Positions 1 through 9,466 of a stretch of 64,000 bases of DNA are shown piece after piece. The notes beneath the pieces are model-generated. The model worked only from the letters and a program-made list of their open reading frames with translations. It was not told the origin of the DNA and searched no databases. Source of the DNA: a virus; the IMG/VR virus record IMGVR_UViG_3300008740_000712, positions 1 to 64,000 of that record. One strand, 5' to 3'. The stretch's first letter is position 1. Every line of letters begins with the position of its first letter. The translations under genes and the position numbers were made by a program.

Positions 1-3000
1 CCGTTGAATCCACCAACATCGTTAGTTATGTTCTCTCCAACATTAGCAGGTCTTGCCATGTCTAACCACCCTGTGTCTCCCGGTATCTTAACTTCACAAT
101 GAATATTCTTATTTGCTCCCACTGCACCTGTGTTGAATGCCCCACCTTTTGCGACGAGGTTGGCATCGCCATAGAGAGTGACAGTTGCAAGAGAAACATC
201 ACCAACTTGATTTGAACGGAAATATCGATAATATTCCCTTGTTGTGGTTGCCAGGGAGGAGTAATTGGGGTTGCCACCGGGAGATTGAAGAACTCCACCA
301 TTTACTACGGAACGGTAATCACCACTCAACCCCCCCTTTGATGGGGAGAGGAGTTTGCCTCCGTAAAGAGAAAGTCCATTCGAATATCTGATATAAGATC
401 CAACATCGTTCACACTAATAGAGGAGTCCCACTTGTTGCCTGCATTGGTGACACTGTTTTGAGTGGCATAGGAGCCCGACTGTAATCTATATTTCTCTCC
501 ATCCATAGGTTCATTCGTATTAATATTTCCTGACTCACTGCCACTGAATACTAGAAAACTGTGCTGATTAACGGTTGATGTAGTCAAGTTTGATTTCAGT
601 GGGTGTTTCACTCTGGAGTTGACTGAGGCAGTGTGGGAAACAGATGCATGTTCTCCCACTAAGGAGGTCGCAGGATCAAACGTGACTGTTCCCGTAACAA
701 AGAGGGTTTGATTTTGCGAATTTGCAGAAGTGGACAAAGGTGGAAGTGCCTTTGTTGCTCCGTTTGTTGTTCCTGGTGACGAGAGTCCACTGCCATTCGT
801 GGTTATCTTCGAGACAGATGTGTTTGTCGTAGTTGGGAAACTAATGCCATCACTAAGTTCATAATACACATTTTTATACACATTTGAGACAGAGTATCGA
901 TATGAAGAAGAGCAAGTAGTAAAGTATTTTACACCAGAAAGAGAGAAAAACACACTTCCAGAAAAAGAATCCAAAACAACACCTGCTGATGCGAGTGCAT
1001 TTGAGTCATTATCGTTCACCCACTCCACATAGTTTGTAGTTGTTTGACCTATTTCAGAACCGGTGTGGAACACCCTTGCGTAGTTCCACCCATTCCTCTG
1101 ATCGGCCGCAGTGACTTGATATTTTCCCGTCCTATACATCTTTGTGTAATCCGGAAGATTGTTTCCTGAGTATTTTCCTGCGTCATAATTGCTCAAACTA
1201 ACGAACCCGGAACCGTTCCCGTTGACCTCCGAGTCTGTCCCTGATCCTGGGTTTCCCGATCCTACACTAGCACTGGCCAGATCAACCTCGTGTATAACTG
1301 CTCCATTTACTTCCAACTTCAAACTACCAGTGGCAGCATTGTTGAAAGAGTTTGCCACATAACTCGGACTGTTTGCTGAGACATCCTCATTTAACTCCCC
1401 ATCGATCACTGCTGTGCCGTCAAAGATACCAGCTATATCGAGACTACTAACGTAGTTACCGTTTAGATCTACGGCCGAATTACCAGTGGTTGTTGTTACG
1501 TTGGAGTATCCTCCGATGGGTTTTGATGACCCAAAAGATAATTTAGCATCTTGGCCATTGTCATTAATATCGATGTCATCAAGGACAGGCGCGTCCGAAG
1601 GGGATGCTCCGGTGCCTGCGCCAAAAGAAACAACTATATCGTCAACATATCCTGTCCAGGCCGTGGTTGCCTCTATCTTTAAAACAATGTCATCTCCGTT
1701 GGCAACACCTGTTGTTCCGAAAGACAATCGATTTTCTGCATCGACAGAATTATCAAAAGACAGAACATACGCACCGGAGCCGTCGGATGTATCGTCAAAA
1801 GTGAAAGATTGGGCAACATCCATAAACCCAGTGGATCCTGGAATCTTTATAAATGCTCTGATTCTGCCGGAATTTAGGGCACTGCTGCTTGGCACTATTG
1901 TAGTAGAAGAACCATTTATCGTTAGAACAATGTCCCTCTTGGTTGCTCCAGTGGAATTTCTAAAATATCTAAAGAATGACCTCAACCCGGATTCACTAGA
2001 ATAATCTGGATTTCCGGGAGGTGCGACACCGAGGGGGCCACCTTCGGCATTGTCACGAAAATCACCATCGTTCAAGGTTGCAAGTGGTGAATAGAGTCGG
2101 GCATTATAAAACTGCAATCCGTCAGAGTGGTGTCCGGAGGCAGTCATGTGAGTTTGAGAATTCCAAGTCCCACTATCGACATCCGATTGGTTATCGTATG
2201 ATCCAGATGAAAGACGATAGGATTCTATTTTAAATCTTTCTCGGAGTGCGGTGGAGTTACCTGAAATGTTGTAAATGAGAAGACCTGTTAGGTTTGCTGT
2301 CCCTGCATTATTGAGATCTGATTTGAGTGGGTGAGCAACATTGACCTTGGAGGTGAGGGTGCCACTGAGGAATGTGTTGCCCGATGATGTTGCACTCCCT
2401 GTGATTCTCAAGACTTTTGTCTCGTCCTCTCCGGCACCAGTGTTTAGTGGTGGAAATCCTTGCGATGAGATTGTGCAATTCGTATTTGTAAAGGAAATGT
2501 TTTGTGTCGTATACACATTCTTGTATGCATTGTTGACATCGACGAGGTAATCTGCCGTGATGGATGTGAAGTACTTTACTCCTGAGAGGTATTTGCTTCC
2601 AGATCCTGCTGCATTTGTAAATCTTGCGTTTGTGGCAGTGAGGGCGGTGTTGTTGTTGTCGTTTACCCACTGGACATGGTTCGTTGTTTTTAATCCCCAC
2701 GAACCAGAATGCTTTACTTCCGCATAGTTCCATCCATTTCGTTGATTGGCAGCTGCAATCTTATAATCTGCCGTTCTATGTTGAAAGATGCTGAACTGGT
2801 TTTGACTGCGATCTTGTGCAGACGAGGTTGTCGAGACGTTATAGAACCCTGAACCGGCACCGTTCAGGTGACTGCCATTTCCACTTCCAGGATTCCCGGA
2901 ACCAATAGAGTCTGAGGTCAGGTCGATGCTGTGAAGTTGTGCTCCATTTACAAACAACTGAAGTGATCCTGTTTCAGCATTACCAAATGAGTCTGCGGGA

Positions 3001-6000
3001 TAGTTGACGACAGAGTTGTCGTATGTATCCGTAGCAACATGAAAATTTACCTCCCCATTAATTACGGTAGATCCGTTGAATGTTGCTCTGCGGAGATTGT
3101 TACCAGATGACTGAACTTGGCTCGTATCATTAACATCTAATCCGGCAAAACTATCGAGAGTTGCCACGTTCGTGTATCCCGATATTGTGTTTGCTGCTCC
3201 GAATGATAGTTCGGCAGAAACACCCGTATCTGAGCAATTTATTTTCGATACATCAGGTGCTGGAGAGGGTGCTAGTATTTTTAGGATTTCGTTGAACCTG
3301 TCAACAGAAACACCGATGGAGGTATTGCTTGTAAAATCTGTGAAAAGACCATCCGTATAAGATCCGTCTTCGGCGTTACCAATTGTGGTGGTGCCGCCAC
3401 CTCCACCTGTGGATGAAATAGTTATCTGACCATTGGAGCCTGTCACGAGAGTAACATTAGATCCTCCAATGAGGTAGGGATTGCCGTTTCGAAGTTTCGT
3501 TAAGGAGCCTGTCAGAGCAGTGGCAATGAGATCACCAACTGTTATATCGTTTGTTGTGGTGGCCCCGTTATCAGTTATTTGATCTAATGTTGATGCTGTT
3601 GAGATTCCGGTAAGCTTAGATCCGTCACCGTAGAATGCCGATGCAGACATGTTTATCGATGCAGACAAGTTTCCAATGATCGTGGCGTTGCCAGTGTGAC
3701 TTCCATCCCACTCTGCTGTGACTCCAGTGAGGCTTGATCCATCACCGTAAAAACCTGATGCAGAAACATTTACCGAGGCAGATAACCCTGCAACTGCAAG
3801 TGTTGAGGTTGTTGTGGAACCTCTTCCGGTGACACTCTGTAAAGTGTCTGTTTCCGCATAATAACTTGCAGTTTGTGCAGTGACGACATAGGATGCGGTT
3901 TGGGCAGTGACTGCATTAGTTGCGTTGGTTGCACTAGCAACTGTGCCGACGATATTCCCAGCAGTGATTGCCGTAAGATTTGCACCATTACCATAAAATG
4001 CCGATGAGGACATGCTTATTGATGCAGACAAGTTTCCGATGATGGTTGCATTGCCTGTGTGGGAACCATCCCATTCTGCTGTGACTCCAGTGATATTGGA
4101 ACCATCTCCATAAAATCCCGATGCTGAAATGTTGGTGGATGCAGATAAAGCTGCAACGGAAAGGGTGCCTGTCGAGGTTGCCCCACGAGCAGTTACCGAT
4201 TGGAGAGTGTCTGTCTCTGCGTAGTAAGATGCAGTTTGGGCAGTAACTGCATTCGTTGCATTGGCAATTGCTCCAACGATGTTGCCAGCAGTGATGTTGG
4301 TAAGTGCCGAACCGTTACCTGTGAATGTGGACGCAAGAATGCCAGATGATGCACTCAACTGCCCATCTATGGTTGCATTGCCTGTGTGGGAACCATCCCA
4401 TTCTGCTGTGACTCCCGTGATGTTTGATCCATCTCCATAAAATGCTGATGCAGACATGTTCATTGATGAAGATAGATTTCCTATAATTGTGGCATCTCCA
4501 TTATGTGATCCGTCCCACTCTGCTGTGACTCCAGTGATATTGGAACCATCACCATAAAAACCGGATGCTGAAATGTTGATGGATGCAGATAACCCCGATA
4601 CCGAAAGGGTGCCTGTGGTGGTTGACCCCCTGGAAGTGACACTCTGAAGGGTGTCTGTCTCTGCATAATAACTTGCTGTTTGGGCAGTGACTGCGTTTGT
4701 CGCATTGGATACTGCCCCGTTTACAGCAGAACCAATTATATATGATGCTGTATGGGCCAAGGCAACGGCACCGTCTACATTCACCCCCAGAATATAGTCT
4801 GTCTGGGTTGAACGATCTGCAAGGGTTGAGTGCGATGCTGTTCCAAAGAGAGATCCCGTAAAAGACACCGCAGTGATCGAAGCAGAGGTGGAGTTGCCGT
4901 TATTTGTAATGTATTGCAAAGTAAAATCTGTTGCACTTCTGCCACCAACAGTAGACGCATTTACTGCCTGCGATGCGTAGGAAGCAGAATTTGCAATGGA
5001 CGCAGTGAGGGCATTGGTTATCGATCCGGTCAATGTTGCTGAAGATCCAATTGTAATTTCACTCGTGGTCGTATCAATATCTATATTGGGTCCGGCAAGC
5101 AATGACTTAAACTGCAATTCTCTGCCGACCTTCTGGCTAAACAGTCCGATCCCCGTACCAAGATTTTTAACAGTATTTATTTCACCATCGGCACCTGTTG
5201 TCAGTGTTGCGTTGTCGCACAACTCTGTTGATGTCATGTCGATAATTTTACCATCAACTTTTTGTTGAGAAAGTTTAAAAACACCCTCTCTTGACCTAAT
5301 GCATGTCGCAACAATTTCAAATTTCTGATCTACCTGTCCGAAGAGTTGCCTCGGCTGTCCAACTGTTGTTATTTCATAAAGGATCTTACCATATAAGACA
5401 AAATCACCCTCCCTCACAAAGAGGTTCTGATCTTCTGAGAGTCTCCTTTTGTGAAACCTGACAGTTATCTGAGATCTTCTGTCTATCCCTAGATTTGTGT
5501 TGGTTGTATCCGACCCCTCCCATGAGACTGCGGCAAAGACTCGCATTGGTGGAAGGAATGTCTTTTTTACGGCCTCTCCGTAGAGGTCATGAAAATTACT
5601 GTGCTTTACGCTGACCGGAAAATAGACGACTTGTTGCCCAATCACTCGTTCGAGCATCTCATCATTAACTTGCTTTACTAAGTCCGTTGATTTTTTCCCT
5701 GTGAAGAGTGGTGGGGGTGGATTTGAGGGTCTTTCGGATATTTCCTCACATGCTACCGGTGTTGTTCCGGAACCTCCTGTGGAGGTGCCTGTGCCGTCCA
5801 GAACATTGAGTTCGTTTACAGGATCACATGGAGCAGCAGTTAGTCTAGGGTCGTCTTCGTCTGATACTTTTTTTTGCTCTGGAAAAACACCATCTCGGGC
5901 TCTTATGCAGGTTGCGACAATTTCAATTTGAGTTTCTATTTGCCCAAAGAGAGGTCTGGGTTGTCCGAGGGCGACAATCTCATAGTGATGCTCACCATAC

Positions 6001-6365
6001 AAAACGAAGTCTCCCTCTCTTACAAAAAGATTTTGATCTTCAGTAATTCTCCTCTTGTGGAAGTGAATTACAATAGAGGACTTCTTATCTAGTCCGTAAT
6101 TATTGAGAGAAGTCTGCTCCTGTTCCCTCTCAACATAGGCGCTAATCCTGACAGGTGGCAAAAAAGACTTGTCAATTGCTTCCCCATAGAGATCGTGAAA
6201 ATTGCTGTGCTTTACACTTATCGGATAATACACAACCTCCGATTTAACGACGCGTTCGACAATCTCATCGGTGACTTGCTTTACAAGGTCTTTTTCTTTT
6301 TTTCCTGTAAACAAGGGTGGTGGAGGTGCTTCCGGTTGCTTCCAGACATTATCGTTATCTGACAT
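1..6365 (-). CDS. Partial (3'-truncated by window edge) >2,120-aa protein: two tandem T4 gp14-like neck/head-closure domains fused to a repeat-containing fibre and two ~550-aa repeated domains
   Basis: ATG at 6365 (MSDNDNVWKQPEAPPPPLFTGKKEKDLVKQ...), 9 nt after the neck gene stop and preceded by GGGGG. The manually translated frame is identical at 6365, 5900, 5710, 5290, 5000 and positions 3-57. It is absent from the ORF track, consistent with no stop before the edge. Both domains carry PPPPLFTG, HSNFHDLYGEA, FHKRR.TEDQNLFVREGDFVLYG and ATCIR.R.GVF. Confidence 0.85.
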   Translation of the reverse strand, partial: MSDNDNVWKQPEAPPPPLFTGKKEKDLVKQVTDEIVERVVKSEVVYYPISVKHSNFHDLYGEAIDKSFLPPVRISAYVEREQEQTSLNNYGLDKKSSIVIHFHKRRITEDQNLFVREGDFVLYGEHHYEIVALGQPRPLFGQIETQIEIVATCIRARDGVFPEQKKVSDEDDPRLTAAPCDPVNELNVLDGTGTSTGGSGTTPVACEEISERPSNPPPPLFTGKKSTDLVKQVNDEMLERVIGQQVVYFPVSVKHSNFHDLYGEAVKKTFLPPMRVFAAVSWEGSDTTNTNLGIDRRSQITVRFHKRRLSEDQNLFVREGDFVLYGKILYEITTVGQPRQLFGQVDQKFEIVATCIRSREGVFKLSQQKVDGKIIDMTSTELCDNATLTTGADGEINTVKNLGTGIGLFSQKVGRELQFKSLLAGPNIDIDTTTSEITIGSSATLTGSITNALTASIANSASYASQAVNASTVGGRSATDFTLQYITNNGNSTSASITAVSFTGSLFGTASHSTLADRSTQTDYILGVNVDGAVALAHTASYIIGSAVNGAVSNATNAVTAQTASYYAETDTLQSVTSRGSTTTGTLSVSGLSASINISASGFYGDGSNITGVTAEWDGSHNGDATIIGNLSSSMNMSASAFYGDGSNITGVTAEWDGSHTGNATIDGQLSASSGILASTFTGNGSALTNITAGNIVGAIANATNAVTAQTASYYAETDTLQSVTARGATSTGTLSVAALSASTNISASGFYGDGSNITGVTAEWDGSHTGNATIIGNLSASISMSSSAFYGNGANLTAITAGNIVGTVASATNATNAVTAQTASYVVTAQTASYYAETDTLQSVTGRGSTTTSTLAVAGLSASVNVSASGFYGDGSSLTGVTAEWDGSHTGNATIIGNLSASINMSASAFYGDGSKLTGISTASTLDQITDNGATTTNDITVGDLIATALTGSLTKLRNGNPYLIGGSNVTLVTGSNGQITISSTGGGGGTTTIGNAEDGSYTDGLFTDFTSNTSIGVSVDRFNEILKILAPSPAPDVSKINCSDTGVSAELSFGAANTISGYTNVATLDSFAGLDVNDTSQVQSSGNNLRRATFNGSTVINGEVNFHVATDTYDNSVVNYPADSFGNAETGSLQLFVNGAQLHSIDLTSDSIGSGNPGSGNGSHLNGAGSGFYNVSTTSSAQDRSQNQFSIFQHRTADYKIAAANQRNGWNYAEVKHSGSWGLKTTNHVQWVNDNNNTALTATNARFTNAAGSGSKYLSGVKYFTSITADYLVDVNNAYKNVYTTQNISFTNTNCTISSQGFPPLNTGAGEDETKVLRITGSATSSGNTFLSGTLTSKVNVAHPLKSDLNNAGTANLTGLLIYNISGNSTALRERFKIESYRLSSGSYDNQSDVDSGTWNSQTHMTASGHHSDGLQFYNARLYSPLATLNDGDFRDNAEGGPLGVAPPGNPDYSSESGLRSFFRYFRNSTGATKRDIVLTINGSSTTIVPSSSALNSGRIRAFIKIPGSTGFMDVAQSFTFDDTSDGSGAYVLSFDNSVDAENRLSFGTTGVANGDDIVLKIEATTAWTGYVDDIVVSFGAGTGASPSDAPVLDDIDINDNGQDAKLSFGSSKPIGGYSNVTTTTGNSAVDLNGNYVSSLDIAGIFDGTAVIDGELNEDVSANSPSYVANSFNNAATGSLKLEVNGAVIHEVDLASASVGSGNPGSGTDSEVNGNGSGFVSLSNYDAGKYSGNNLPDYTKMYRTGKYQVTAADQRNGWNYARVFHTGSEIGQTTTNYVEWVNDNDSNALASAGVVLDSFSGSVFFSLSGVKYFTTCSSSYRYSVSNVYKNVYYELSDGISFPTTTNTSVSKITTNGSGLSSPGTTNGATKALPPLSTSANSQNQTLFVTGTVTFDPATSLVGEHASVSHTASVNSRVKHPLKSNLTTSTVNQHSFLVFSGSESGNINTNEPMDGEKYRLQSGSYATQNSVTNAGNKWDSSISVNDVGSYIRYSNGLSLYGGKLLSPSKGGLSGDYRSVVNGGVLQSPGGNPNYSSLATTTREYYRYFRSNQVGDVSLATVTLYGDANLVAKGGAFNTGAVGANKNIHCEVKIPGDTGWLDMARPANVGENITNDVGGFN
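3630..4710 (-). repeat. Intragenic repeats in the fibre part of the neck fusion (AETDTLQSVT.RG x3; S.FYGDGS..TGVTAEWDGSH.G.A x4)
   Basis: Recurring DNA such as cccattctgctgtgactcc and gtgactccagtgatattggaaccatc. The translated motifs repeat. Confidence 0.85.
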
Positions 6366-6374
6366 CTAAACCCC

Positions 6375-7625
6375 CTATCCGACAAATATGCTTAGTGGTA
6401 TCTTTTTCTGAATTGTGCTGACGTTATCGACAAGTTCGGCATCCCCTGCCATCATTCTTCCGTAGGTTTGTTCGTCAAGAACTGCTTTTAACTCTTCCCT
6501 AAGTTGACTTTGTTCTTCTTTGGCCTGTGAAATCAGGTCTGATCCGTTGAGAGTTACTGATTCTCCTGGAATCGGGATGTTTCCGAACTTACCCCTAACA
6601 TGCCCCAATGTTTCTTTGCAAAGAGATAAAGCAAACCTTCTAATCCACTGTTTTCCTATTGAATTTATATTCACATAAGGAACATTTGAGAAAGGCAGGG
6701 TATTCATATTGTTGATGCCGTCTAATCCAACATCCACAGTTTCCGATGTTACCCAAGAGTCTCCCGGAATAGAAAATTCGACCCAAAACTTGCTACCATT
6801 AGAGATGTTTGGAGTTGGAAAAAGTCTTAATTTATTGTTTTTCAACTCATAAGAATAGTGACTTGTTCTGGTGTATATGTTGTCCTCATATGCCATTGCC
6901 TGTAATTTGTTTTGCCAAGCTGGAACGACCTCGAAGGTGGAGTCGTCTGCATACTGTCCATAAGTTGACATATTGCCTACAACCCCGACGCCGCCATAAT
7001 ATCCGTAAAATCTCCACATAGACTTGTTTGATTTATAGTAAACTTTCTTAATAAGAACCTTCCTATTGCCAACAGAACCACTAAAGGGTTCACTTGTTGA
7101 AATTAGGTTCTGTAAATCGTAATCTTGTTGACTGTTTACGACGTTAAAGGAGGCAGAATATACTGTATTGTTTCCTCCGACATTTGCATCTTCCGAAATT
7201 CCATCTGCAACTCTTCTTGCGTAGGCAAAATCAAATGATGGGTACTTTAACGAAACATGAGAGCCTCCCAAGCTTGAGGAAAGTTCTCCAGGAAGCATAT
7301 CTCCCTTGTGGTCAAAAGATCCTGTAGAATTGCCAAGGACATCAGAAAGAATGTTTTTGCTCTGATGTATGTTTACTAAATAAGAATACTCCAAACATGC
7401 CTCTTCATATGCGGCATAAACATTTGCCTCCTTTATCTCGATATCCAAAACATCTCCACCCAGCTTCCTGTAAACATAGGTAACTTGGGCAGCTGCGCCT
7501 GATAGAAATTGTGAAGACGTATATGCCTTTGTTGCCAGAGCAGCTGCAACATTCAGCACACTTCCGGTTTCAGGAAGAACAGAAACACTTGTTCTGCTCT
7601 TGGGAGTTAGGGTTGGTAATGCCAT
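6375..7625 (-). CDS. Neck / head-tail adaptor protein (T4 gp13-like)
   Basis: Located between the capsid and head-closure genes. The C-terminal WIRRFALSLCKETLGHVRGKF...LNGSDLISQAKEE pattern is typical of T4-like neck proteins. SD GGAGGA. Confidence 0.7.
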   Translation of the reverse strand: MALPTLTPKSRTSVSVLPETGSVLNVAAALATKAYTSSQFLSGAAAQVTYVYRKLGGDVLDIEIKEANVYAAYEEACLEYSYLVNIHQSKNILSDVLGNSTGSFDHKGDMLPGELSSSLGGSHVSLKYPSFDFAYARRVADGISEDANVGGNNTVYSASFNVVNSQQDYDLQNLISTSEPFSGSVGNRKVLIKKVYYKSNKSMWRFYGYYGGVGVVGNMSTYGQYADDSTFEVVPAWQNKLQAMAYEDNIYTRTSHYSYELKNNKLRLFPTPNISNGSKFWVEFSIPGDSWVTSETVDVGLDGINNMNTLPFSNVPYVNINSIGKQWIRRFALSLCKETLGHVRGKFGNIPIPGESVTLNGSDLISQAKEEQSQLREELKAVLDEQTYGRMMAGDAELVDNVSTIQKKIPLSIFVG

Positions 7626-7655
7626 TTCATGAGTCCTCCGCGGATTAGTTCAAAG

Positions 7656-7663
7656 TAAGTAGT
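7656..7663 (-). promoter_or_regulatory. Putative late-promoter motif ACTACTTA upstream of the neck gene
   Basis: CTANTTA-type octamer just downstream of the capsid terminator. Similar motifs lie at 10542 and 49280. Confidence 0.4.
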
Positions 7664-7685
7664 TTTTTTCATTGGAAATAGAAAC

Positions 7686-7713
7686 AAAAAACCCCATCAC
7701 TAGGACGGGGTTT
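7686..7713 (-). terminator. Intrinsic terminator after the major capsid gene
   Basis: Minus strand AAACCCCGTC-CTAGT-GATGGGGTTT followed by a T-run. Confidence 0.85.
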
Positions 7714-7740
7714 AATGTTTGTTATGTTTTAGATTAATTA

Positions 7741-9444
7741 TTAACCATTAAAGTCATGCACAATAACAAGTCCGTACATGTCAGGACGTACCATCTTCTT
7801 AGCATAACGTGTCATCACACCTTTTCTTGGCACGAAATCTTCAGTACCAAAAATGGTGGGTGTCACTTGCAACGGGACGTAGGGAGCATAGACATATCCA
7901 CTTTCGAGGAAGCTACTTCCTTTGCGACCACAAAGAATGACGTTACGAGGGAAGTAAGGGTCAACATATACTTCCAATTTGTTGCTGAGACTGCCGACGT
8001 TTACAGCACCTGCGGAGCCTTTGTCTGCGTCTACTTCAACTTTTGCCTTAAATCCAGCAGTGAATTCTAAGATGTTTGCTGCTTCTGGTGAACACACCAA
8101 GAAGTTAGCTCCACCTTTCAAAGTCTTGCGATGGATTTGAGCAGAAATGTCATTGACGGTTTCGAGAAGAGTCTCGTACCACTCACTGACAGTACCGGTA
8201 AAGTCACCACCAAGCATTGCTTCGTTTGCACCTGAACTAATGGCATTGCCAGTAGAACGATCCAAGAAACGGCCTGGACGACGTGACCAGTGCATCTTGC
8301 CACCTTTGGCACCCTTAACCAAATCACCCAAGATTTCTTGATCAATTTCCAAACCGATGTGCTCGGAGAGGACGTTGGTCAATTCAACTTCAGCGTCGAG
8401 GTTATGGTAAGCATTCAAGTCTTGACCCAATTCAGGTGTCCAACGTGCTTTCAACTTGCGAGTTTGAGCAGTAACAGCAATGCTGTCTACCTTGATGTCA
8501 ATCTCGGCAATGTCGGTATTTCCACCAGCATTTGACAAAGTATCACTACCCTCAAGGCCCCACGGAGTGGCACCAACAACAGCGCCAGTGGCACCGCCAG
8601 TAGTGATGTTATCCAATGAAGGATAAGTAACCAGCAAAGCAGCATTGTTGCTACCGATAGTGATGGCACCGGTGTGGGCTGCGACAAAAGTAATGTTTCC
8701 ATCGGAATCCAATCTGGTCAATCGTCGAACGATGGTTCCAGAACCGAAGGGAACATTAACAGCCATAAGGTTGTTTTGATCCAAATCGGTTGGGATGTCA
8801 CCTACAGCAACTTTATGCTCGGACACATTAGTATATGGACTGCCGGACAACAAATCAGGATCTGCATCGATTCTCTTCATCAAAGCTCCGGATAAAGCAG
8901 TAACCGCGTGTTGTGTTGCAATGTCAGCACCAGCTGTCAATGTAATTGTAGCAGAACCAGTAGGTGCTGTATATCCATTGTTTAAGTTATAGAGTCCCTT
9001 TTCGGCATTGGCACCGGCCAAATCAAGGCCGTCTACGATGCCCTTACCGACTTTGCCTCCACCATAGATGGAACCGTCGTTATCACCTAGTGGTCCCAAT
9101 TTGTCACTATCAGTCTTGGTAAAATCCAAGAAGAAAATGAGGCCAGAGGGCAAACTCATAGGTTGAACTGAAACCAGTTCGTTGGCAATCAATCCACCGA
9201 ATACACGACGAACGATTGGAAATGCAACTGCTGCAAAACCTTCTACGTCACCACTGGACATAGCAGATGCTTCGCGAAGCAATTCTTTTGCTTGGTTTTC
9301 AAGCAAAGTTGCCATGCAGTCTTTGTTGCGGTCTTGAAGACCTTCGAGAAGACCAGAGGCTTCCCATTTGGTACGGATAGCAGCTCCCTCTGCGGAGAGG
9401 TTGCGATCAACAATACCTTCTGTTAATTTTTCTAAAATAGACAT
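7741..9444 (-). CDS. Major capsid protein (T4 gp23-like)
   Basis: Motifs VSVQPMSLPSGLIFFLDF, TAQTRKLKARWTPELGQDL.AYH.LDAE.EL, VYAPYVPLQ and GVMTRYAK. Strong SD AGGAG. Confidence 0.96.
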   Translation of the reverse strand: MSILEKLTEGIVDRNLSAEGAAIRTKWEASGLLEGLQDRNKDCMATLLENQAKELLREASAMSSGDVEGFAAVAFPIVRRVFGGLIANELVSVQPMSLPSGLIFFLDFTKTDSDKLGPLGDNDGSIYGGGKVGKGIVDGLDLAGANAEKGLYNLNNGYTAPTGSATITLTAGADIATQHAVTALSGALMKRIDADPDLLSGSPYTNVSEHKVAVGDIPTDLDQNNLMAVNVPFGSGTIVRRLTRLDSDGNITFVAAHTGAITIGSNNAALLVTYPSLDNITTGGATGAVVGATPWGLEGSDTLSNAGGNTDIAEIDIKVDSIAVTAQTRKLKARWTPELGQDLNAYHNLDAEVELTNVLSEHIGLEIDQEILGDLVKGAKGGKMHWSRRPGRFLDRSTGNAISSGANEAMLGGDFTGTVSEWYETLLETVNDISAQIHRKTLKGGANFLVCSPEAANILEFTAGFKAKVEVDADKGSAGAVNVGSLSNKLEVYVDPYFPRNVILCGRKGSSFLESGYVYAPYVPLQVTPTIFGTEDFVPRKGVMTRYAKKMVRPDMYGLVIVHDFNG

Positions 9445-9466
9445 TTTAAGTATCTCCTGTTATAGT

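Noticed and set aside
5271-5282. GTT TTT AAA C at the end of head-closure domain 2 as a second frameshift site
   Set aside because: The U_UUA_AAC heptamer is not in the reading frame. A -1 slip would need single-tRNA slippage straight onto UAA, which is too speculative.
62-6092. Short ORFs listed in the track across 1-6.1 kb
   Set aside because: They overlap the real >2,120-aa minus-strand ORF in other frames or on the other strand.
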